The notes: generated by a model from the letters alone, not told the origin. A stretch of DNA of 64,000 nt from Alphaproteobacteria bacterium (GCA_009694045.1 SHVY01000007.1:1786-65785), one strand, 5' to 3'; positions 1 through 13,301 are shown, counted from the stretch's first letter. Made by a program: numbers and translations.

Positions 1-106
1 CGCGCGTCGAACGCCAAACGTAGCGCCGCTGCATCTCGGGTAGTCGCAATTCACCGCGCTCAATCATACCGACTAGCTCTTCGACGGTCGCTTCGGCCTT
101 GGCCAT
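1..106 (-). CDS. DUF262 (GmrS/ParB-like) domain protein, N-terminus only; runs off the window
   Basis: Manual translation from ATG at 106 gives MAKAEATVEELVGMIERGELRLPEMQRRYVWRSTR, with the LPEMQRxYVW motif typical of DUF262. Not in the ORF track. Confidence 0.75.
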   Translation of the reverse strand, partial: MAKAEATVEELVGMIERGELRLPEMQRRYVWRSTR

Positions 107-108
107 GG

Positions 109-1266
109 TTACCCCGTCAATTGCTTCGCCACCCACCGGGCGAAGTGGCGGTTGTGGTGTTCGAGGGTGGAGAGCGGCGCCGCTGCGGCGAAACGGCTGC
201 CGAGGTTGCGCTGGATCGCGGAGTTGGCGACCACGTCCTCGTCGTTGAAGCGGTTGAAGAAGGCGATCGCCCGGTCGAGCCGCGCCTGGAAGTCGGGCAG
301 CGCCCTCGCCTCGGGCCTGACGATGAAGTCGGCGAACAGGCGGATGCGCCCAGCCGCGACGGGGAACACCCGCATGTTCATCACCAGGTCCGGCTGCAGG
401 TAGATGAAGAAGTTGGGCAGGACGAAGACCAGGAGGAAGCTGGTCCGCTGCCCCTCGTCGAGGCCCGGCATCGGCGGAAACTCCATCCCCGGCACGTAGT
501 CCAGACCGTCCCCGCCCTTCACCCGCGTCTCGGGGCGCGCGGGCGCCCACAGGTAAGTGAAGATCCCGCCGTTGTCCCAGGTGCCGCTCGCCCGCCCCGG
601 ATAGTTGGCCTCGAACGTGTCCCGGTGCAGGCCGAGGTGGTGGTAGCACTCGCCGTTGTCCTGCATCACCTTCCAGTCCCACGGGTATTCGCCGCAATCC
701 TGGGTGGCGGCGGTGACCCAGCCGGCGAGGTCGTAGGCGGCGATCCGCGCGTCCACGGGCGCCAGTTGAGGTGCGAGCAGTTCGGCCCCTCCGTCCAGGT
801 TGACGTAGACGAACCCCTGCCAGACCGCGTGGCGGATCGGCGGCAGGGCGACCTTGGTCTTGTCGAAGGTCGGGTGCCTGTCCATTTCCGGCGCCGCCCA
901 CAGCCGGCCGTCCAGGCGATAGGTCCAGGCGTGGTAGGGGCAGGACAGAACCTTGGCGTTGCCCGAGCCGAGGCAGACCGACATCCAGCGGTGCCGGCAC
1001 AGGTTGGACAGCACCCGGAGTTCGCCCGCCAGGTCACGGACCAGCACGATCGGCTCGCCCACCACGTCCAGCGCCATGTAGTCGCCGGGGTGGGCCACCT
1101 GGTCGGCGCGGCCGACGCAGATCCAGCCGGCCTTGAACACCCGCTCCTGCTCCAGGGCGAACAGGGCGTCGGACCCGAACGCGGCCGGCGGCAGCGTCGT
1201 CCAGCCGGCGTTGCCGTCCGCCGCGATGGTCCGCAACGAGTCCAGGATGCCGTCCAGGTCGCCCAT
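109..1266 (-). CDS. Rieske non-heme iron oxygenase alpha subunit (choline monooxygenase/aromatic ring-hydroxylating family)
   Basis: Rieske motifs CRHR and CPYHAW; mononuclear Fe site ECYHH..H; C-terminal ED motif. Confidence 0.9.
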   Translation of the reverse strand: MGDLDGILDSLRTIAADGNAGWTTLPPAAFGSDALFALEQERVFKAGWICVGRADQVAHPGDYMALDVVGEPIVLVRDLAGELRVLSNLCRHRWMSVCLGSGNAKVLSCPYHAWTYRLDGRLWAAPEMDRHPTFDKTKVALPPIRHAVWQGFVYVNLDGGAELLAPQLAPVDARIAAYDLAGWVTAATQDCGEYPWDWKVMQDNGECYHHLGLHRDTFEANYPGRASGTWDNGGIFTYLWAPARPETRVKGGDGLDYVPGMEFPPMPGLDEGQRTSFLLVFVLPNFFIYLQPDLVMNMRVFPVAAGRIRLFADFIVRPEARALPDFQARLDRAIAFFNRFNDEDVVANSAIQRNLGSRFAAAAPLSTLEHHNRHFARWVAKQLTG

Positions 1267-1341
1267 GGCCGGGTTCTATAGCATCCCCCATCCCAGCCCG
1301 GAACCCGTGTGCTACCGTTCGCCGATTGCCTGGGGCGCCTC

Positions 1342-3581
1342 ATGCGGCGCGGAGTTCGCTGGATCGTCGTGGGCGTCGCCGTCTTGGCGGTCGCCTTCGT
1401 CCTGTTCGAATGGCTGTTGCCGGCGATGCTCGTTCGGCTGGCCGAGAACGCGGCGGCCGAGGCCGGGTTTCCCGACGCGCGGGTCAGCGCCGTCGACGTC
1501 GGGTTCAACCGCACGACGATCGGCGAGATCGCGCTCGACGCGGGCGGCACCAACGTCATCGGTCCCGTCCACATCGACTACACCCTCGCCGACCTGCAAC
1601 GGCGCCGCGTGCGCTCGGTCACCATCACCGGGCTCGCGGCGACCCTGGACAACGCCGTGGTCCGCATCGCCCACCCGTCGCTGGAGATCCCCAGCGCCAC
1701 GGGGCGGATACGCGTCGATCTCGCCGCCGACGGCGGGCTCGCCTACCGGGCCGACCTCCAGGCGCCCTTCGTGACCGTGGTGGACGTGGCCTGATCGGCG
1801 CGACCCTGCACGCCACCGGCGACGGCACAAACCTGCGCGCGACCCTGAACGCGACCGGCCCCGGTGGCGCGCTGCTCGATGCCGATGCGACCCTACCCTT
1901 CGCGAGCGGGTCTCTCGTGGCGGCCCGCCTCGCCGTTCACATCCCCGACTTCGCGGCCCTGGGCTCGGCGGCCCGGGGGGCGCTGACGCTCACGGCCGAC
2001 CTGCGGGGTCGCCACCGATCGGGGACGCGCCCTGGGCGGCGGACGGCACGTTCACGGTGTCCCTGACCGGTGGCGGCATGGCCGGGGTCGCCGATGGGGT
2101 CGCCGTGGCGGCGCAGGGCACGATCGCCGCCGCCCGGCCCTGGCTGGAGATCTCCGCCACGACGCCGTGGACCCTCACGGGCACGGTCGCGGCCGACCTG
2201 GTGCCGGCCGAACTCGCGGCACTGCTCGGCGGTGAGCTCGGGCTCTCCCTAAATCCTTCGGCGGCCGATCCGGTTCGGCTCGGCGTCACCCGCGGGTCGG
2301 AAGGATGGCTGTTTCATGCCAACGGTCCCTTCGCCGTGACCAGCCGCGGCGTGCCGTTCGTCGCTGGCCGTATCGGCGCCGTATCCATGGCCTTTGACGG
2401 CGCCGGCTGGCCGACCGGAATCGTGATCGAATGGCTAGCCGCGACGGTGCGTGCCGTGGAGGTCGCCGGCGCCACGATCACGGAGGCGACTTTTAACCTC
2501 GATGCCGCCGGGTCGCCCCGGGACTGGACCGGCACGATCGACGTGGCGGCGGTCCTCGACCCACGGCTGCCCGACGGTATCGCGGCCGGCGCCCTCGGGT
2601 TCGCGGGCTCCGCCGAGATCGATGTCGTCGCTGGCGTTCTGGCCCTTCGCGGGCAGGATTGCGTCACGGCCACCGCCGATCGCGTCACGGCCTACGGCTT
2701 CGCGGCGGACGGCCCCTTGGACCTCTGCTTCCGCGACCTGGCGCTCGGCGTGGACGCTGCGCACGGCCGTGGCGCCGTTCGCGATCGCCGGGACCATGGC
2801 GACGGGGGACGCGCCCCTCGCGGTCAGCGCCGCGTTCGGGTCGATCGCCCTGGACCTCGACCGCGCGACGGCCGCGGCCCGGGTCGCCGGCGCGCCGATC
2901 ACCGTGACGGCGACGATCGACGATCCCACGGGCGCGCTGGCGATCGACATCGCGGCCACCCATGACCCCGGCCTCGGGGCCGGGCACGCCGACCTCAAGC
3001 TGTTCCCCGTGACCTTCGTGCCCGGCTTGCGCCCGCCCGATCGGCTGTTTCCGATCCTGCACGGCGTGGTCGCGGACGCGGCCGGCACCGTGGCGGCGGA
3101 CACGCACGCGGCGTGGAGCCGGTCCGGCCTGATCGGTGGCGCCACGGTCCTGCTCGACGGGCTGTCGGCGCTGATCGGCCCGGCCAAGGTCGATGGGGTG
3201 AACGGCGTGCTGACCTTCGATCGCCTGTGGCCGCCGTCCCTGCCGCCGGGCCAAACCCTGTCGATCGGGCTGATCGACGTGGGCGTGCCCTTGACCGACG
3301 GGCTGGTCGAATTCTGGATGGCGCCCAACGGCCGGGTCGCGGGTCTCGTGGGCGAGCGGCCCGACGGCCTGGTCGGCGCCGTCGATCCCGGGGCGGGCGC
3401 CGACGTGGTCACCTTGGTCGCCGACGTCAATGCTCAACGCATGGCCTATTACGCCGAAGTGGCCGCCGGCAACAACTCGACCATCGAGCAGGTCCAGGCC
3501 GTGGCCGGTGCCGAGCTGATCGAGCGCACCCCCGCCGGCCAGTTCGTCATGAACGCCGCCGGCCGCTGGATCCAAAAATAG
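1342..3581 (+). pseudogene. YdbH-family intermembrane protein, frameshifted at least 3 times and fused in frame to a YdbL (DUF1318) C-terminal part
   Basis: N-terminal membrane anchor at 1342. Beta-rich repetitive sequence continues across frames (breaks near 1790, 2010-2025, 2755). YdbH-like motif GVNGVLTFDRLWPPSLPPGQTLSIGLIDVGVPLTDG is followed directly by YdbL-like GLVGERPDGLVGAV...VNAQR...GQFVMNAAGRWIQK. Confidence 0.7.
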
Positions 3582-3597
3582 GTTCTCCGCCACGTCC

Positions 3598-3655
3598 CTA
3601 GTGGTCCGACACAATCGCATGATTCCCGATCCTTGTGTTTGGGGCGGACCACTAG
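3598..3655. repeat. CTAG-bounded palindromic intergenic element (MITE/REP-like), copy 1
   Basis: Perfect 11-bp terminal inverted repeat CTAGTGGTCCG...CGGACCACTAG, inner ACACAA/TTGTGT; related sequence at 23325. Confidence 0.7.
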
Positions 3656-3753
3656 GGTGTCGGGGTCGTTGACAGGCCGAAGTCGCCATCCTATGTGTCC
3701 TGACACGTGCCGGACGCCGGCGGTAAGCGCCCGGTAGAGCGGCGGGGCCTCTG

Positions 3754-6462
<2,709 letters not shown>

Positions 6463-6503
6463 CGGGTGCGCGTCCTCGGGAATAATCTCGGTTCGTAAAG
6501 GGT

Positions 6504-6537
6504 TTGACAATCCTCTCGTGCCTATCATATTGATAGG
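6504..6537 (+). promoter_or_regulatory. Sigma70-type promoter with palindromic operator upstream of the TA pair
   Basis: TTGACA at 6504-6509; perfect palindrome CCTATCA-TAT-TGATAGG at 6521-6537 over the expected -10 region. Confidence 0.65.
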
Positions 6538-6540
6538 TGT

Positions 6541-6876
6541 GTGGCGGATGCTGCTCCGGGTTACGTCACGACATTCCGTCTTACCTCGACCGTCGCAGAA
6601 CGGCGCGTTCGTCAAATCGCGGCGGACTCGGGTGCCGTGATCTTCGGCGACCATGCGCTGGAGCGTATGGCCGAACGCGACATCTTCGACGTGGTTGTTC
6701 TTCGCATTTTGCGAACCGGCTCGATCCGTGGGGACCCGGAGCAGACCCATCACGACGAGTGGAAGTGCAAGATGGTGTTGAAGCTTCGTGGTGGGAGGGA
6801 TGCTGGCGTCGTAACGATCATCCTTCATGTCGGGAAGCTGTTCGTGAAGACCGTGGAATGGGAGGACCCGCGATGA
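6541..6876 (+). CDS. DUF4258-family putative toxin (RelE/BrnT-like RNase fold)
   Basis: 111 aa, motif F.DHALERMAERDI...V..IL..G and C-terminal VKTVEW; ATGA-coupled to an HTH gene. Confidence 0.75.
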   Translation: MADAAPGYVTTFRLTSTVAERRVRQIAADSGAVIFGDHALERMAERDIFDVVVLRILRTGSIRGDPEQTHHDEWKCKMVLKLRGGRDAGVVTIILHVGKLFVKTVEWEDPR

Positions 6877-7358
6877 GCGATTGGAAGGTGGGGCGGGCGC
6901 GCGGAGCGCGGCGCAAGGCGCCGCTTCACTACACCATGTGCGGCTTGGACGACGTCTTTTTGCAAAATGGGTACAAGCGCTACCTGACTCCAGAGGGCTC
7001 GGGTGTCGCGGTTGCCAATCTCGACGGTCTGCACCGGGCCATTGGCCTCCACATCGTGGCGCGCAAGATACTTCTGAGCGGCAAGGAGATCCGATTCCTG
7101 CGCACCCAGATGGATCTGACCCAATCGGAATTAGCGCGGCTCATCGGCTGCGACACGCAACAGATCGCACGCTATGAGAAGGGGGAAAACCGCATCCCGG
7201 GTCCCGCCGATCGGTTGCTCAGGATGATCTACCGGAACATTCTGGACGGCGAAATCGCGGTGCGAGAAATCCTGGAAGCCCTGGACGCCATGGATGCGAG
7301 GGAGAGCGGGCGTCAGGTGTTCACGTCAACCCCTGACGGCTGGCGAGCGGCGGCTTAG
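6873..7358 (+). CDS. MqsA/YgiT-like XRE HTH protein, putative antitoxin
   Basis: HYTMCGLDDVFLQNG N-terminal motif; LSGKEIRFLRTQMDLTQSELARLIGCDTQQIARYEKG HTH; the ATG overlaps the upstream TGA. Confidence 0.8.
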   Translation: MSDWKVGRARGARRKAPLHYTMCGLDDVFLQNGYKRYLTPEGSGVAVANLDGLHRAIGLHIVARKILLSGKEIRFLRTQMDLTQSELARLIGCDTQQIARYEKGENRIPGPADRLLRMIYRNILDGEIAVREILEALDAMDARESGRQVFTSTPDGWRAAA

Positions 7359-7446
7359 GTTCTTCACATACCGACGGTGCGCTTGCCCTATCCTCTACGA
7401 TGCGGTCGAGGTCGATCGGCGAAGAATCAACATTTGGGAGGACTCG

Positions 7447-8208
7447 ATGGGTCGCCTCGACGGCAAGGTCGCGATCGTGACGGGGGCGGGCCGGGGGATC
7501 GGCCAAGGCATCGCGCGGAAGTTCCTGCAGGAAGGCGCGCGCGTGGTGATCGCCGACAAGGTCACGGACCGGGTCGAGGCCTCGGCCAGGGAGCTGTCCG
7601 CGCTCGGCAACGTCGTCCCCGTTCCGGGCGACGTGACGGACGAAAACGTCTGCCAATCCCTGGTCGACACGGCGGTCGCGCGGTTCGGCAGGCTGGACAT
7701 CTGCGTCAACAACGCCGGCATCGTGCGGCCGACGTCGTTCCTCGACCACAGCCGCAAGGATTGGGACGACAGCATCGCCGTGATGCTGACCGCCGTGTTC
7801 CTGCTGAGCCAACGGGCGGCGCGGGCGATGGTGAAGCAGGGCAAGGGCGGGGTGATCCTGTCCACCGCTTCGGCCAACGGCCATGTCGCCGAGCGGAACT
7901 GCGCCGCCTACAACGCGGCGAAGGCGGGCGTCGTGCTCCTGACCCAGTCGATCGCGATCGAACTCGCCGACCAGGGCATCCGCGCGGTGGCGGTCTCCCC
8001 CGGCTACGTCGGCCCGACCGAGTTGATGATCGACGGCGGCGGCTCGCCCGATTTCTTCAAGGACATGGCGGCGCACGTGCCCATGGGCCGGATCGGCCGG
8101 ATCGAGGAGATCGCCAACCTGTTTGCGTTTCTCGCCTCCGACGAGGCGTCGTTCATCTCCGGTGCGTCCTACCTGATCGACGGCGCCCAGCTCTCCGAGC
8201 AGCGGTAG
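7447..8208 (+). CDS. SDR family NAD(P)-dependent oxidoreductase
   Basis: TGAGRGIG, NNAG, YNAAK; GGAGG RBS upstream. Confidence 0.95.
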   Translation: MGRLDGKVAIVTGAGRGIGQGIARKFLQEGARVVIADKVTDRVEASARELSALGNVVPVPGDVTDENVCQSLVDTAVARFGRLDICVNNAGIVRPTSFLDHSRKDWDDSIAVMLTAVFLLSQRAARAMVKQGKGGVILSTASANGHVAERNCAAYNAAKAGVVLLTQSIAIELADQGIRAVAVSPGYVGPTELMIDGGGSPDFFKDMAAHVPMGRIGRIEEIANLFAFLASDEASFISGASYLIDGAQLSEQR

Positions 8209-8268
8209 ACCGGCTATCGGGCGTGCCGTAGATTGCGTGTCCGAGCAGCCCGGTAACAGCGTGAGGCC

Positions 8269-8793
8269 ATGGCCAGGGTCGACTCCAGGGCAAGCACGCG
8301 CCTTCGCCCGGCGCCCCTTACCGTCGGCTGGCGCGAATGGGTCGCGCTGCCGTCCCTCGGGTTGCCGGCCATCAAGGCCAAGCTCGACACCGGCGCGCGT
8401 ACCTCGGCCCTGCATGCGTTCTACGTCGACCCCTACGAGGTTGGCGGTCTGCACCGCGTCCGCTTCGGCATCCACCCCTTGCAGGGACGGAAGGACATCG
8501 TCGTCGATTGCGCCGCCGACATCGTCGATCTTCGCCAGGTGACCGATTCCGGCGGTCACCGCGAGATGCGCTACGTCATCGCCGCGCCCCTGACGCTCGG
8601 AGACATCACCTGGCCGGTCGAAATCACCCTGACCAACCGTGACGACATGCTGTTCCGCTTCCTCATCGGCCGGACCGCCATGAGCGGCCGCCTGGCAGTG
8701 GATCCCCGCCGCTCCTACGTCATCGGCGCGCTGTCGACCGAAGCCTATGGTCGCCGCCGGCCGACGCCGGTTCGCAAGCGAGGCCGCGTATGA
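8269..8793 (+). CDS. RimB-like retropepsin-fold protease (RimK-associated 'ATP-dependent zinc protease' family)
   Basis: [30 protein letters not shown]; coupled to rimK. Confidence 0.9.
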   Translation: MARVDSRASTRLRPAPLTVGWREWVALPSLGLPAIKAKLDTGARTSALHAFYVDPYEVGGLHRVRFGIHPLQGRKDIVVDCAADIVDLRQVTDSGGHREMRYVIAAPLTLGDITWPVEITLTNRDDMLFRFLIGRTAMSGRLAVDPRRSYVIGALSTEAYGRRRPTPVRKRGRV

Positions 8794-9695
8794 AGATCGC
8801 CATCCTCGCCCGGCGCGCCAACCTCTATTCGCACCGTCGCCTGGTGGAGGTCGGGCGTGCCCGCGGGCACGAGATGCACGTCATCAACACGCTGCGCTGC
8901 TACATGAACATCACGTCCCTGCGGCCCGAGGTGCACTACCGCAGCCAGCGGCTGGAGGGGTTCGACGCGGTCATCCCCCGGATCGGCGCCTCGATCACGT
9001 TCTACGGGCTCGCGGTCCTGCGCCAGTTCGAGATGATGGGGGTCTATCCCCTCAACGAATCGGTCGCCATCGGCCGCTCGCGGGACAAGCTCCGCGCCCT
9101 CCAGCTCCTCGCCCGCAAGGGCATCGGCCTGCCGGTCACCGGCTTCGCCCACTCCCCCGACGACACCCAGGATCTGGTGCGGATCGCCGGCGGGACACCC
9201 CTGGTGATCAAGCTACTGGAAGGCACCCACGGCAAGGGCGTGGTGATGGCCGAAACCGACGTGGCGGCGACCAGCGTGATCGATGCCTTCCGCGGGCTCG
9301 AAGCCCATTTCCTCTGCCAGGAGTTCATCAAGGAGGCGGGCGGCTCCGACATCCGGGCCTTCGTCGTCGGCGGCAAGATCGTGGCGACCATGAAGCGCCA
9401 GGGCAAGGAGGGCGAGTTCCGCTCCAACCTGCACCGCGGCGGTTCCGCCAGCGTGGTCAAGATCACGCCCGAGGAACGCTCGACGGCGATCCGGGCGGCG
9501 AAGACCCTGGGGCTGAACGTCGCCGGCGTCGACATGCTGCGCTCGAACCACGGCCCGGTGGTGATGGAGGTCAACTCCTCGCCCGGCCTTGAGGGCATCG
9601 AGCGGGCCACCGGCAAGGACATCGCCGGCCAGATCATCGCCTTCATCGAGCGCAACGCCGGGCCCAACAAGACCCGGACCAAGGGGCGCGGGTGA
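8790..9695 (+). CDS. rimK: Ribosomal protein S6--L-glutamate ligase (ATP-grasp)
   Basis: [43 protein letters not shown]. Confidence 0.95.
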   Translation: MKIAILARRANLYSHRRLVEVGRARGHEMHVINTLRCYMNITSLRPEVHYRSQRLEGFDAVIPRIGASITFYGLAVLRQFEMMGVYPLNESVAIGRSRDKLRALQLLARKGIGLPVTGFAHSPDDTQDLVRIAGGTPLVIKLLEGTHGKGVVMAETDVAATSVIDAFRGLEAHFLCQEFIKEAGGSDIRAFVVGGKIVATMKRQGKEGEFRSNLHRGGSASVVKITPEERSTAIRAAKTLGLNVAGVDMLRSNHGPVVMEVNSSPGLEGIERATGKDIAGQIIAFIERNAGPNKTRTKGRG

Positions 9696-10759
9696 CCGCG
9701 GCTGCGTCCTTCGCCATCGGCGGCCTGGAGGTCGGCCCCGGCACCCGGGCGACCATCGACCTGCCGATCAGCCGCCTCTACAACCACACGCCGGTGACCA
9801 TGCCGGTCCAAGTCGTGCAGGGGACGCGGCCCGGCGCCCGGCTGTTCGTCTGCGCGGCCCTGCACGGCGACGAGATCAACGGGGTCGAGATCATCCGCCG
9901 TCTGCTGGCGGCGCCGGAGCTCGACGGGCTCGGCGGCACCCTGGTGGCGATTCCCATCGTCAACGTCTTCGGCTTCCTCGCTGGGTCCCGCTACCTACCC
10001 GACCGCCGCGACCTCAACCGCTCGTTCCCCGGCTCGCCCAACGGCTCGCTCGCCGGGCGCCTCGCCCACGTCTTCCTGCGCGAGATCCTCGATCGCTGCA
10101 GCCACGGCATCGATCTGCACACCGGCGCCATCCACCGGGCGAACCATCCGCAGATTCGCGCCAACCTGGACGATCCGGAGACCCTGCGCCTCGCCTGTGC
10201 CTTCGGGGTCGACGTGGTGATCAACGCCGGCGAACGCGACGGTTCGCTCCGCCAGCAGGCCGCCATGCGCAAGGTCCCGGTGCTGGTCTACGAGGCGGGC
10301 GAGGCCCTGCGCTTCGAGCCGGCCGCGATCGCCGCCGGGGTCCAGGGCGTGCTCGGGGTGATGCGGGCGCTCGCCATGCTGCCGCCGAACGGGGCGCGAG
10401 CCCGCCCGCCGATCATCGCCCGGTCCAGCATATGGGTGCGCGCCGCGATCGGCGGCATCCTGCGGACCGAGGTGCCGCTCGGCAGCCATGTCGAGCGCGG
10501 CCAGCGGATGGGCGTCATCGGTGATCCCTTCGGCGACAACGAGGTCGTCGTCCTGGCGAAGACCGCCGGTCAGGTCATCGGCTGCACCCATCTGCCGGTG
10601 GTCAACGCCGGCGATGCCCTCTTTCACATCGTCGACACGACCGGCACCAAGGCCGCCGCGGTCGAGCTCGACGCCGCCGACATCGTCGCCCCCGATTCCC
10701 AGGACGCCGAGGAAATCCGCGCCTTCGAAGCCGCCGAGCACAGCGCGATGTACGATTGA
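9692..10759 (+). CDS. Succinylglutamate desuccinylase/aspartoacylase family (M14-like) peptidase
   Basis: [32 protein letters not shown]. Confidence 0.92.
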   Translation: MTAAASFAIGGLEVGPGTRATIDLPISRLYNHTPVTMPVQVVQGTRPGARLFVCAALHGDEINGVEIIRRLLAAPELDGLGGTLVAIPIVNVFGFLAGSRYLPDRRDLNRSFPGSPNGSLAGRLAHVFLREILDRCSHGIDLHTGAIHRANHPQIRANLDDPETLRLACAFGVDVVINAGERDGSLRQQAAMRKVPVLVYEAGEALRFEPAAIAAGVQGVLGVMRALAMLPPNGARARPPIIARSSIWVRAAIGGILRTEVPLGSHVERGQRMGVIGDPFGDNEVVVLAKTAGQVIGCTHLPVVNAGDALFHIVDTTGTKAAAVELDAADIVAPDSQDAEEIRAFEAAEHSAMYD

Positions 10760-10767
10760 GGCGCCCG

Positions 10768-11232
10768 TCAATCCCAGCCGATGAAGTCCTTGAAGTCGGC
10801 AAGCTGGGACTCGAACCCGGAGAAGCCCGCCACCAGATCATCGCGGGCCAAGCCGCCCGTCAGGGTGATGTCGCCCTCGATATAGGGATCCCTCTCGTTG
10901 TCGAGGAAGGCGCGGCTCAGGCGGTTGTCGTAGTTCCACTGGTTGATCTGCTCGTAGCTCATGCCCGCCTGCAGGTTGAACCCGGTCCGCATGGTCAGGC
11001 CGGTGCAGTTGCCGCCCTCGGCGCAGTCGTAGAGGAACACGGTCACAGTCGCGCTTTGCATGCCGGTCTCGATGAACGGCTGGCCGTCCTCGGTGGTGCC
11101 GATGTCCGCCTTGTAGCCTGCTTCGGCCAACTCCGCCGCGATCCCCTGGGGCAAAACGTCGGTCAGACACTCGGCCGCGGCGGGCAGCACGGCGCCAAGA
11201 AGCAGGGCCGGCAACAGGGCGACGACGCGCAT
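10768..11232 (-). CDS. YbjN-domain secreted protein
   Basis: Signal peptide; paired Cys; IN.WN...R.SRAFLD motif. Confidence 0.75.
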   Translation of the reverse strand: MRVVALLPALLLGAVLPAAAECLTDVLPQGIAAELAEAGYKADIGTTEDGQPFIETGMQSATVTVFLYDCAEGGNCTGLTMRTGFNLQAGMSYEQINQWNYDNRLSRAFLDNERDPYIEGDITLTGGLARDDLVAGFSGFESQLADFKDFIGWD

Positions 11233-11269
11233 GATGTCCTCCTATGGTTCGGGTGCTGCGACGATGGTG

Positions 11270-12226
11270 TCACGCGATGGGGGTCCGGCCCATGGCGATG
11301 AACCGCTCGCGCCGGGCCTCGCGCAAGGGCTCGCCGACCGTCCCCGCCACTTCGGTGAACGCCCGCTCGATGGCATCGCCGAGGGTGGCGATCGCCACCT
11401 CGGGGTCGCGGTGCGCCCCGCCCAGAGGTTCCGCCACGACCCCGTCGATCAGGCGGAGCCGCTCCAGGTCCTGGGCGGTGAGCTTCAATGCCTCGGCGGC
11501 CTCGGCCGCCTGATCGGCGCTGCGCCACAGGATCGAGGCGCAGCCCTCGGGCGAGATCACCGAATAGATCGCGTGCTCGAACATCAGCACCCGGTCGGCG
11601 ACCGCGAGCGCGATGGCCCCGCCGGAGCCGCCCTCGCCGATGATCGCGGTTATGATCGGCACCCGCAAGGCCAGGCAGGTCTCGATCGACCGGGCGATCG
11701 CCTCCGCCTGGCCGCGCTCCTCGGCGTCGATCCCCGGATAGGCGCCGGGCGTATCCACCAGGGTCAGCACCGGCAGGCCGAAGCGGTCGGCCAGCCGCAT
11801 CAGCCGCTGTGCCTTGCGATAGCCCTCGGGCCGCGCCATGCCGAAGTTGTGGCGAACCCGGCCCTCGGTATCGGCTCCCTTCTCATGGCCGATCACCATG
11901 ACGGGGCGCCCGCGGAACCGGCCCAGGCCGCCCAGCAGCGCCGGGTCGTCGGCGAATCGGCGGTCGCCGGCGAGGGGCGTGAAGTCGCCGATCAGCGCCG
12001 CGACGACGTGGGAAAAATGCGGCCGATCCGGGTGGCGGGCCACCAAGGTCTTCTGCCAGGGCGTAAGCTTGGCGTAGGTCTGGCGCAACTGCCGTTCGGT
12101 CTTCGAGCGCAGCCGGCTGACTTCCTCGACGATGTTGATGCCGCTTGCGTCGCTGACGTGGCGCAGTTCCTCGATCTTGCCTTCCAGCTCGGCGATCGGT
12201 TTCTCGAAATCGAGGTAGGTCCGCAT
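11270..12226 (-). CDS. accA: Acetyl-CoA carboxylase carboxyltransferase alpha subunit
   Basis: YLDFEKPI, ARHPDRP, DTPGAYPG, GEGGSGGA, YSVISPEGCASILW. Confidence 0.98.
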   Translation of the reverse strand: MRTYLDFEKPIAELEGKIEELRHVSDASGINIVEEVSRLRSKTERQLRQTYAKLTPWQKTLVARHPDRPHFSHVVAALIGDFTPLAGDRRFADDPALLGGLGRFRGRPVMVIGHEKGADTEGRVRHNFGMARPEGYRKAQRLMRLADRFGLPVLTLVDTPGAYPGIDAEERGQAEAIARSIETCLALRVPIITAIIGEGGSGGAIALAVADRVLMFEHAIYSVISPEGCASILWRSADQAAEAAEALKLTAQDLERLRLIDGVVAEPLGGAHRDPEVAIATLGDAIERAFTEVAGTVGEPLREARRERFIAMGRTPIA

Positions 12227-12233
12227 CGGACCA

Positions 12234-13217
12234 CTAGCGCGCCCCGGCCGTGATCTGCTCGGCCTTGCGGACCAGGGCCTCGGCCTGGCGGATCGAGGCC
12301 AGGTCGATCAGGCGGCCGTCGAGCGAGACCGCGCCCTTGCCTTCCGCCTGCGCCTGCTCCATGGCGGCGAGGATGCGCCGCGCCTTGCCGACTTCCTTGT
12401 CCGATGGACTGCACACCTCGTTCGCCAGCCCGACCTGGCTCGGATGGATCGCCCACTTGCCCTCGCAGCCGATCGCCGTCGCACGGTGGGCGGCGGCGCG
12501 GTAGCCGTCGGCGTCGCCGAAGTCGCCGAACGGGCCGTCGATCGGGCGCAACCCGTTGGCGCGGGCGGCCACGACCATGCGGGCGATGGCGTAGTGCCAT
12601 TGGTCGCCCCAGTGCGTGTCGCGCGGGCGGTCGCCGTCACGGTCGGTCAGCACGGCGTAGTTCGGATTGGCGCCGCCGATGTTGGTGGTGCGCGCCCGGG
12701 TCGAGGCCGAGAAGTCGGCGACCCCGAAGTGCAGCGATTCGTTGCGCCGGCTGGCCCCGGCGATCGCCTCGACGTTGGCGAGGCCCAGCGCGGTCTCGAT
12801 GATCAGCTCGAACCCCAGCCGCTTCCCCCGGCCCATCGCCGCCTCGATCTGGGTCGTCAGCATGTCCACGGCGTAGACATCGGCGGCAGTGCCCACCTTC
12901 GGGATCATGAACAGGTCCAGCCGGCCTCGGGTCTGCTCCAATACATCGACGACATCGCGGTACATGAAGTGGGTGTCCAGTCCGTTGATGCGGACCGACA
13001 GGGTCTTGGTGCCCCAATCGATGTCGTTGATCGCCGCGATCACGTTCCGGCGCGCCTGCGGCTTCTCGTCGGGCGCCACCGAATCCTCGAGATCGAGGAA
13101 GATCACGTCGGCGGCCGAGACCGCGGCCTTCTCGAACAGCTTGGCCTGGCTGCCCGGAACCGCGAGCTCGCTGCGGTTGATCCGTGCGGTCGCTTCCTGA
13201 ACGATCGTGAAACTCAT
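12234..13217 (-). CDS. mcl: L-malyl-CoA/beta-methylmalyl-CoA lyase (CitE/HpcH family)
   Basis: RSELAVPGS, DLEDSVAP, ESLHFGVAD, DGPFGDF, GKWAIHPSQ. Confidence 0.88.
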   Translation of the reverse strand: MSFTIVQEATARINRSELAVPGSQAKLFEKAAVSAADVIFLDLEDSVAPDEKPQARRNVIAAINDIDWGTKTLSVRINGLDTHFMYRDVVDVLEQTRGRLDLFMIPKVGTAADVYAVDMLTTQIEAAMGRGKRLGFELIIETALGLANVEAIAGASRRNESLHFGVADFSASTRARTTNIGGANPNYAVLTDRDGDRPRDTHWGDQWHYAIARMVVAARANGLRPIDGPFGDFGDADGYRAAAHRATAIGCEGKWAIHPSQVGLANEVCSPSDKEVGKARRILAAMEQAQAEGKGAVSLDGRLIDLASIRQAEALVRKAEQITAGAR

Positions 13218-13301
13218 GCTCGCTCCTCCTGTCAGGGGGCCGAGTCTGATCCAGCGCCGCCCGCCGCCCTGGTGGCTAAGTGCCCCGGGTCCAATCCCCT
13301 G

